Shown: positions 53,986 through 64,000 of the stretch, piece after piece
Layout: every line of letters begins with the position of its first letter
Position numbering within the stretch: the first letter of the stretch is position 1
Source of the DNA: Adineta vaga
Lineage: Eukaryota; Animalia; Rotifera
DNA: 64,000 nt
Assembly (NCBI GenBank): GCA_021613535.1
Contig: CP075494.1
Location: forward strand, 15,252,001 to 15,316,000
Reading direction: 5' to 3'
Translations under genes and position numbers: made by a program
Notes under the pieces: model-generated
What the model saw: the letters and a program-made list of their open reading frames with translations, nothing else
What the model was told of the DNA's origin: nothing
Databases searched by the model: none

Positions 53986-56900
53986 CTATAAATCATCTGC
54001 ATCAAGATTCGTTTTCAATGATGACATCATTGATGTTCTTTTTAATGTAGGTTGTGGCGGTGATGGTGGAATATCTCTTGGATTGATATATACATTCAAT
54101 TTTCGTGTTGAAAGAGCTTTTCCATAAGTATTTGATGAATCAAAACTTCGAAATTTCATTGAATTATGATTTACATTTGATAATGTTGTGAATGTATCTG
54201 AATCAATTGCTGTATGTGGACTTGATGAAGAGTTAGATGTTGATTCACGAAAGAAGTCCGAAGATGTTCTTTGGTGATAATTAGATTGTTGATATCGACA
54301 ATAACAATAATATAATCCACATGTAGATACTATCATTAAACAACCAAATAGAAACGACATTAAACTAACGAAAATTAAATGAATTAATGTAAATCGATAA
54401 TCATCGAAAAATGGAGATATTAAAGGACATGAACATGCTTGTTCTTCACGTGATGAACCAGTGCAAATATTTGTTAAACATAATCGTGTACGAAATTTAG
54501 TTGAATGAAATCGAAATGTTGTACATGCTGAACATTCCGACCAATCGGACCAACATGACCAATTGTTCTTAGAATGTAATGGACAAAATGAACAATCCCG
54601 TTTTTCAATTTCTTTACCAAAACAATGATTATCTAAACATCGACGACGACGGGTTTGAGTTGAACCAGCAATACCACATGCTGGAGAACATTCTGTAGAT
54701 TAGCAAAAGATTCAAATGACATAATAAAGGTAGTAAAAAGACTTACCACTCCAATCGGACCATTCTGACCATTGATCAAGTGATTCTTAAACAAATAAAA
54801 GAATAGTTATCTCTAATTTTTGATAATAAACTTACCCTTTTCTTGACAATCATCTCGTTTATTATCACATATTCTATACATAATTTTATCAGATTTTATA
54901 TCTAACACTCCTTCATTAACCATTAGCGAACACACAAAACGCGTACGTGTTTCCGTTATTAAATCATCATCATCATCATGCATTCTATCTTTCAATCCGA
55001 TTCGTGTCCAATTACTCCACATTGTCGTTTGTTGAACTACAAAACATTATCCTCTTCATAAACATATCCTGTGTTCTTCATTTGAAAAAACTAACCCGGA
55101 CAAGGTGATTCATTACATACACGTGTTTCTTCCAAACATTCATTACAGCTTTCATTGTTGCTTAAACATGTTCGTCTTCGTTTCTGTATTCCATTGCCAC
55201 ATGATTTGGAACATTCATCCCATTCTATATCAATGACAAAAAACAATATTGATTCATAAAGAACAATCTTTTCTTTACCACTCCAAACACTTAATCTTGA
55301 TGAATCACTTGAACAGATAATTTCCGGACAGAATTCTTCTTCTCGTTCGGGACCAATACAAATTCGACCATGATTTCTCGGTGAAGGATTTGTACAAGTT
55401 CGTGTTCTTGATCGAAGTACTTTACCACACAATTGAGGACACTGACTCCATGAACTCCACGGCGACCATCCTCCATGAACTTGAAAAAAGAAAACAAATA
55501 CAATCCTTTACAATTCTCTTGTCTTACTTTGACATTGACTAATTTCCAGATGATTTCCTTGACATAGTTTTTCGTTTCGTTGTGAACATGTTCGTGTACG
55601 ACATTGACATTTTTCACCTGTTTCTTGTTCACATGAAAACCAAGATGACCAACCACCATCGACTAAAATCATCATCTATATAAATCGAGAAAAAAATCGT
55701 TGATTTTCATACTTGTAATATTAATATTCGGACATGTTAATGATGGACGTGAAATTATATTCGAAAGTATACATCGTTGTTGAGAAGTATTCCATATACA
55801 ATAAGGATCCATTGAAGCAGAACAAATTTCCTCTGTTGTAAATCGATTACAACGTACAACAGATATTTTTAAGACTGATATTTGAGTTGTAATGATAATT
55901 TCTTTCTGAAAAATAACTCACAAAATCCAGATAACATTTCAGATAAATTACTCACTGTTTTCGAAATCAATTCTGCTTTGTTTATTTTCCAATTCTCAGA
56001 TAAAATCATCGGTGGTTTCAAATCAATCTGTTCCAATAAACATAGTTTTTGATCGGATAATAACGAGTATTTTCTCAACCATAAACCACAAGAGTTATAA
56101 CAAATAAAACCGTTATATCATTGAATCGATCAATTAATAAATGACCAATACGAATATCATCAAAGATTAAAGCATCTAATGACGATTGAAGAACACCTGA
56201 ACGAAGTACAGGACCTGATGGAATCATTGATTCATTATTCGATTGACTTGAATCACACTAGAACGTTACTCTCTTCGCTTTTTATACGATAATTTCAAAG
56301 AGAAATTACCTTTTCTGGTTCTTGGCTCATTCTCGAAGACGGTAACCAATATGATTCATTAGATTTCTGTGTTAAAAATGGTGATTTGAAAACAGTTTCA
56401 AGTTGATCAGTTGTATAAATACAAATTGCTGATCCGATTGGACCATTTCTGAAAAACGAAATAATAATTTCAATCAAATTCTTTATTTTCAAGTTTTACT
56501 TTGGTAAATTGAATGCAGCATAGATTAAATTCAATGAAGAATCGAATGAAATCGATTGTAATTCATTAAAATCAAATGAAATCATTTCATTCATTGATTT
56601 TTTCGCACATTGAATGCGTAATTTTGAAAAGGAACGAAATGTATCACTGTATTTCATTGTACCATCATCATATTTACATACTCGTGCAACACGAGAATAA
56701 ATATTCTATAAAACAAAAAATATTGAAATACATTTTCTCGAAATTTTTATTCTTTTACCATTCCACATGAAAGATGTTCAAGAGAAATTTCACGAAAAAA
56801 TATGTAAATATATTCTCGAATATTCAAGATTCGAACAAAATATGGATCTAATATGAAAGATATAAAATACAATTGATTTTCATGTAAGTTCCCCATACTT

Positions 56901-57747
56901 TTTAACCAATTGGAATCGTGTTGTTGTGTTCGCAATTGTTTAGTTTGACTAAAACTTCGTTGAATTAATGGATCGTGAATACCAAATAGAGGTTCATTAC
57001 TTGTCGCAGAATACAACTCTCCTATCAAACAAATCGATTCAAAACTTTTTTCGATTTTCACTAGAAATCTTTACCTGTATCGATTAGATTATATACCGAA
57101 GAATATTGACTATTAAATGGCGATTTTCCATCTCCAGGAAGAAAATTTTCATTGGAAGTCAATGTCGAAAGTGAATCTGGTTGACGCCATGTACAAATTG
57201 GATGATAAGCATTCGTTCCACAGGTAAGTAAAGAATGATCAGATGAACGAAGTGCTAAGACACGAATGTAATTTTCACACTCATGCTAAATTACAAACTT
57301 ATAAAAAACACTTTATTGAAACAACAACAAAAAACTTACAGTAGATATAATTTGTTTACGACAAATATTGATTTCATCGGGTGTTGATTCCCATATGAAT
57401 CTTTCCACAATATGTAAATCATCGATAGATAAACGAATGATTGCATTTCTAAAGTTACATTTTTATATAACTGACCTTTGATAAAGAAAGAAAAGAAAAC
57501 TTTACTTTACACCAATAATTATCTGATTTCGTTGTTCGTCAATGACAATTGCATCGAATGCTTCATCGCCATTCTGATAAATTGCCAGATTTTGCAAGGA
57601 TTCTAAAATATAAGATAAGTTTGATCCTTTAAATTCGATGTGAATATTCCTATATGGATTACCATTATATGAAATGAATCGAAAATCAAGTATATCATTG
57701 GCGATTATCGAATAAATATTGAATATAAACAGATAAAGAACAATCAT
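53986..57747 (-). CDS. Semaphorin-5-like (signal, Sema, PSI, TSP1 repeats, TM, tail); apparent 1-nt deletion at ~56088
   Basis: ECENYIRVL, LLTCGTNAYHPIC, GELYSAT, LRT-x-QHDSNWL, YSRVARVCK, GSAICIY, DPYCIW (PSI), several WS-x-WS...CS-x-x-CG...R-x-R-x-C TSP1 repeats, and a TM near 54320-54390. Confidence 0.9.
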
Positions 57748-59058
57748 AACTGAATTCTGTTTCTTCTTGCTTAATCTAAAAATGTAAATATGCATTTTTT
57801 TAATGTACCATAACGAAATGAACATGATTGATTGACTGTGAAGAGAAATTTCCTTTTCTTCTCTTTCTGTTCTCCTTCCCAAGGCAAAAGAGAACATTTT
57901 TCTTCTTCTCTCTCTCTCATAACGGAAAGTAAAAACTCAATCCTTCCAACGAATCAAATTGATATTGAACGGTAAAATCTTATGTTTTCATAGTTCGTCT
58001 ATTCGAACTCATGAAGAATACATCTAATGATAATCGAGCTGATTTGTATTCATCTGTTCGATGAATTTCCTATGAGGCAAACATTCTTTTGTAATTGTTA
58101 GAAAATGTAGTTTGCTTATTCATCAATTAATGAACTTTGACACGTCGGCATCGACCATCTTTACTCGTTTCTATACACAATTACGCCATACAGACGACAA
58201 TTGTCAATGCCCATTATTGATCGATAGAAGAAGAAGAAGAAAAAAAGGGAAACACTTGTTACATCATCTGATCGTATTTGTCAATGGATGTTTTAATGAC
58301 TATATTGTCATTTAGTCACACCTCATGCACTTCTATTGACGAAATATCTGATTAAAATAAGTTTATTTTCTCTGATGATATTCTATTACGTAAGTTAATA
58401 TGTACTTCAATTTCATTTGATTGACATGTAAGAAGACAAAGAAATGACGTTGATTGATGTTAGACTATAATATTAAAAAAAGAAAGAACCCGTGTTGATC
58501 AAGGAGAAGAGAATTGATCAATTTTAATCAATGATATTTTTATGTCTATTGAGTAATTTGATAGGATAGTTATCACATTCTAATGTTGAACGATAAAATA
58601 AATTGAAATGTTAATCAATCGCGAAAGATTTGTTTATATAACTGAAAGCGAGATAATTCCAATTGAATTAAAAGCCTTGAATAAATAGAAATTAAACAAT
58701 ATTGATTATACCGACAAGTTTTATTTGAGATTGACAAAAATTCAATAAGGAACATCTGCTGCGGATTAGAATGATGTTGAATGTTATCACTAGTATTGAC
58801 ACAAACCTTTTCTATTCAGAATAGACATTTGAATCTTATAGGAATTGCACGAGAGATATGGAAATATGAGATTAAAATGATGATATATTTTGTTATTTTG
58901 AATAAAAATAAAAGATTATAACACAACGAAGTCTCGAGTGATACATTCGAATTCAAACGAATATTTCTTCGAAAATACTGCAAAGACTAAAAGAAAAGGA
59001 AAAAAAAATTCACGTACGACATCGATTTAATCTATCACAGTTCGAATGAAATTGAAAA

Positions 59059-61077
59059 TTATTCAAGTTCACCAATTGGAACATTTTTAATCCAAAGATC
59101 ATGCATAAATGTAAATAATTCATTGGTTAATGAAACTTTATATGGTGTAGGATTAAGATCTCGAACATGATCTTTTCGTAATTGATTTATTTGTTCTTTG
59201 ACATATTCACGAGTTTCTTTTAATGTTAGTAATGGTTCTTTGATTTCTCCATCAGCCCAATATAATTTATATAAACTTACAACTGAGGTTGGTGTGACAT
59301 AGGCACGTCGTTGATCAGAATATGGATGACGACTGAGAATTTTCACGGATGCCTTTGGTGCTGGTTCATCAAATTTTGTTAATAAATCACATAAAGCTTT
59401 GCCATCATGACCATATATTCGATAAAGATTTTTTCGTCCAGGAATCGTCACTTTTTCTACTTCTTGACTGATTTTAATTCGAGGTGTTCCATTAAGCTAA
59501 ATGAAATTCAAATATATAAAAGATTTCTTTAAGAAAAAATCAAAACATTTTCTTACTTCAACTAATTTATAAACACAACCTAATGCTGGTTGTTTTTGAC
59601 ATGTAACTAAATGCGTTCCAATACCAAAGGTATCAATTGTATGTTTTTGTTTTTCTAACGATACTAATGTATCTTCATTAATATCATTACTTGCAACAAT
59701 ATTGAAATGTTCAAAATAAGGTAAGTTATATTGTTTAGCAGCGTCAATAAATCTATTTCGAACTTCAATAGATAAATAAGCTAAATCACCTGAATCTAAA
59801 CGTAAACCAATTGCTTGATAATTACATTCATGTAATGCACGTGCAACAGCTAAGAAATTTGGTAAACCAGATTTCAGAACTTCATAGGTATCAACTAATG
59901 CCAAGAAATTTGTTGGAAATGCAATTGCATATGATGTAAATGCAGCTAATTCACCTTTATTTGTTTCTTCAGGGAGAATTTTCAATATGGGTCCAAGTTC
60001 ATGCAAGTATTTTAAACATAAATCAGCAAATGGACGTCGTTCACCATTAACACGATCGCATAGACATCGTTCGTTTAGATCATTCATGCATTCATAGGAA
60101 CTAATATAAGCATGAGCATGTGTACCTTTAACTGGAATATCATAGAGTTTACCAGCTAAAACATTTGATGTACCATCGAAACCACCAAGATAGCAATATT
60201 TCGATGCACTTAAACCACCATCGGGACCTTGAGCACGACGTAAACCAAATTCTAATAAGGTTTTTTCTGCACCTGTTGCCGCACGAAATCGTGCAGCATT
60301 TGTTGCAACTAAACTAGCGAAATTGACTAGAGTTAACAAAGTTGTTTCTAATAATTGGGTTTTCAATATAGGTCCTTCGATACGAATTAAAGGAATTCGA
60401 GGAAACACAACAGTACCTAAAACGAAAGAAAGAACGATTATACATGTATCGTAGTCAACAAAATATGCAGATATTTCACGACTGATTTATTTATAGGAGA
60501 TATTGAAAGTTCGACCGAGTTTACTTATTCATTAATAAATGATATATCAACTAATGCTTCAAAGAACGAAACTATTTCAATGGCAGTTCTATTCATAAAT
60601 AAATCGACCCTTCAATAATAATATATTCCAATCATCGACAACCTTCGAGTTTCTCTTTTCATCTTATGACACATTGATGTCTTACAAAAAGAAAATGATT
60701 TACCTTCTTGTACAGCATAGACTTTTATATCATTCATATGAAGAGCTGCGAGATATTCGAAATATTCATTTTCAACATAAGTTGGTAATACCGTACGAAG
60801 ATATTTAATATCACTTTCATGAAATCTATAACTACGAATAAATTTCAAACATTCTTCTAAACCAGCAAATAATGTATATTCACCACCAAATGCTAAATTA
60901 AAAGAATAAAGATAAAGAATTTCTTTTGAGAAAATATTTACGATTCTTTCGAAAGTATAAATCAAATATTGCCATATCATTATGTTTATTTGATTTCCAA
61001 TAAGCATATGCCATAGATATTTGATAAAGATCGGTTAAAAGTGGTTGAACCACATTCGATTGTTCGTCCGACGTCAT
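59059..61077 (-). CDS. NAPRT: Nicotinate phosphoribosyltransferase; the N-terminus may extend further upstream
   Basis: [96 protein letters not shown] and LNPTPYKVS. Confidence 0.95.
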
Positions 61078-62854
61078 TAATTGAGTTCTATCACTGCTGC
61101 TCAAACTACAAACGTCAGAATTTGTTAATGATGAACACTCTGTTGTCAATGATGGGGTGGCAGGAAGTGAATTTGAATTCACTAAACAAGATAAACAATT
61201 ATCTAAAAGTCTAGAAAAAGAGAAAGACTTTAATGAATATAAAAGAGAATTTATCAATCAAATTTTAGTTAAGCATGGAGTTAACAAAAAAAACGTTAAC
61301 ATTATCCATAGTTATTCGATTAATATTAGTGTTAAACAAGTATAGATTATATATCTCATTGTGCTGGAAATTTCTTTACATATATAGTCGAGAAAAAGTT
61401 TCTTTTTCTTTTTCTTTTTCTTTCTCTTCCTTCAATACTTTTCAAAGAGCAAAAGAAAAAACCGTCTAAGTTTCTTTCACAAATAAATAAACACGAATTA
61501 ATGATCGTATTTTCGCGGAATGAAAATTAATATAATAAATGAAAAATAGATTTTTTTATATTGATTTTACATTGATTAAAACCAATCATAACAAGCATTA
61601 AAATTTATTTGTTTAATAACAGAATAATATTTATGTTGAGCGTGAGTTAAAATATATATTGATAAGAATCAAGCATATAACTTACTTTTTGTTTCGAGGA
61701 AGATTGATAGATGACACTCGAGACATAAGTAAAGAAATAAATATGTTATTCAACTGATGTAAACTCTTTTGTAGAAAAAAAACTGAATGATACTCATTGA
61801 TTCGACTTTTATCAAAAGAATCTGATAAGATTTACAACTCTCGATCCAGACCAATTCTTTCTATTCTATAGTAAATGTTTTGTAAAAAGAAAAAGAAATA
61901 ATCTATTATACTTGCCATTTTCCATTGTTACTTTTATGATGATAAAAAGATTTGTTAAATCAAAAATTCTATATTTTCAATTGAATAATATGGTTTGTAA
62001 ATGAAGATGAAAGTATATGGCAATTATTCAAATATTTCTTGAAAAATAAAATTCAATAGAAGTTGACAGTAACGATCGTTCACTTAATTTGATGATTACT
62101 AAAAAGAAAATCTACCTTGAATGTAAGAAAAATTAGTCTTATATAAAACGATACATTGTTATCAAAACTACTTGACTCGACCAAGTACGGCAATTAACTC
62201 AAACATTTCATTACACGAATAGAAAAACAAAATATTCTCGTTCTAATGTCAAGGTAAAGTAAACAGATATTGTATCTTATTAAATGCATCAAAATATAAT
62301 CGATGACAAAGTCAAACATTCTAACATGTTTCTCAAATATCTATCTTTTTTCTAAAGAGAAATTGTTTGTATACAGATGTTTTTATAATCGTCAAATCAA
62401 TATTCTTTTCAAATAACGATCATGTTGATAATTATCTTTACCGTAGCCGGGGGAGAAAAACAAAACAAAAATATACCCCATAATATAATGTCTTCTATAT
62501 GTTTTCATGACTTATCAGCTCGATGTAGAAAAAAGAAACGCACAAAAAACAATACAACCCTACTTGTACGATAGCTAATGCTCTTTTCTATCGACCCATA
62601 CCAAAACTTGCCAATGACTAGTCAAATATAATAAACAAAACATAATTTTCCATCATAGAAATCGATCATGCATGACCTACTGTCTTGACGACTCAGAATG
62701 AATAATTTCATTTCAATGATTGTTAGAATATAAATGTCATTGAAAAGTAATCGATCTAAAAATGTCATACGTACGAAACAAATGTGTTTTTTCTCTCAGG
62801 ATTTTCTTTATGTAATACAAAAAAAAACAACAACAACAAAAGAAATAGAAAATT

Positions 62855-63863
62855 TTAATCTCCACCATCGCCACCATCATCGTCCAAATCATCACCATCT
62901 TCATCGCCTGGATCAAAATATGAATGAATATAATCTGCTGCCTAAAAATAGAACAAAATTGTTCTTTTTTCAATACCAACAATAACGAAATTCATTTTTT
63001 ACTTCATCTTCATCCATATCTTCCTCTTCTTCTTCAGGAATTTCACCATCCACTTCATTTTCATTATCAGTTAACTTCTTTTTTTCTGCATCTAGACAAT
63101 AAACACCAACAAGTTTTGAATAAAAATCTTTCGTCAAAAATAAATCTTACTTTTCAATTTTCCTTCTTCATCGTTTTCATCAACTTCAACAGTTTCGTCT
63201 CGTTTTTCATCTCCACCTTCTTCTTCTTCTTCTTCTTCTTCATCATTTCCCGTTACTTTTTCTTCATACTTGAAAAAAATTTCAACATAAATTATTGTCT
63301 TCATTCAAAAATTCATAACATACACTATTGAAATCAATATTAAACGTTGTCTTCTTCTTTTTACTTGTCGTTGGTGAAATTTTCTTTTTTGAAATATTCG
63401 GTTTGATTGTTGATGAATTTTTGTTTATACGAGATGCTACTTTTAATTCTCGTGGTAAAAGTAACCATTCTAAAAGATTTTTGTTTTTAACCTCATCGAG
63501 ATCATTCAACTGAATCTTTACCTTCTTTCCATTTATTTAAAATGAAATTTCTTCTATAATCTTCTCGTGATGGATCATGTAGAGATCGAAAATTTGAATT
63601 GAAATTTGATTGTAATTTTAATTTATAATCATAATCATTGTTTGAATTTTCTGTCGATGAATCTAATGGATGAGGAGTATTGAGTAATTCCTTAAAAATA
63701 AAACTATACACATGTATAATTGACTTTTTCTTTTCTATTTTAATTTAAAAATTATACTTACAGGAAAGACTGGTGGTGGTTCAGTAACTGCAGCTGGTAA
63801 ACTATCTTTAGCTAGTTTTAATGTATCGATTGTAAATGAAGCATGACCACGGCCAAAAGCCAT
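62855..63863 (-). CDS. POLR3G: RNA polymerase III subunit RPC7 (POLR3G/Rpc31-like)
   Basis: MAFGRG...LP-x-x-V-x-x-PPPVFP, W-x-x-LPRELK, and an acidic tail ending ADYIHSYFDPGDEDGDD; multi-exon. Confidence 0.75.
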
Positions 63864-64000
63864 TGCTGATGAAATTTTCTTTAATTAAAGAAAGATTTTT
63901 AACTTGAACGAATGAAAGAAATTGCTTGGATAAGGTTTTTTATGGTATCGAATAAGGTGAATGACGCAAACAGAGGGCAGCAGTAGTCAAATCTATTGAT

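Noticed and set aside
61800-62300. Possible small minus-strand exons between NAPRT and RPC7
   Set aside because: I could not build an open spliced frame.
63470-63521. Apparent frameshift or stop between two ORFs in RPC7
   Set aside because: A normal 52-nt intron (GTAAAG...TTTTAG) restores KWKEEWLLLPRELK.

Overview
AT-rich, gene-dense animal genomic DNA with many ~50-65 nt GT-AG introns. Metazoan genes are mixed with genes that look bacterial or fungal, which best fits a bdelloid rotifer (inference only). Recognisable genes, left to right: a Csk-like SH2 gene running off the left edge, groucho/TLE, a small PLDc_N-like membrane protein, a CYP4 P450, an intronless bacterial-type methylglyoxal synthase (mgsA), TTLL9, a long coiled-coil protein, TUT4/7, MED15, a secreted fungal-type FAD oxidase, a 63-aa secreted Gly/Tyr-rich peptide missing from the ORF track, a secreted toxin/effector-like pre-pro-protein, two tandem claudin-like genes, a membrane-anchored CAP protein, ASPP, semaphorin-5, NAPRT and RPC7/POLR3G. 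Main observations: (1) three adjacent secreted-product genes at 26.6-31.3 kb form a candidate defence cassette; (2) mgsA in an animal; (3) two adjacent tandem duplications at 40-59 kb whose left copies have shrunk through deletions often bounded by 6-8 bp microhomologies; (4) about six single-base frameshifts in otherwise intact genes, probably assembly errors, one on a UUU_CGA +1 slip motif; (5) a TA-flanked MITE and related remnants. Family calls come from remembered motifs, not database searches, and exon boundaries were read by eye.
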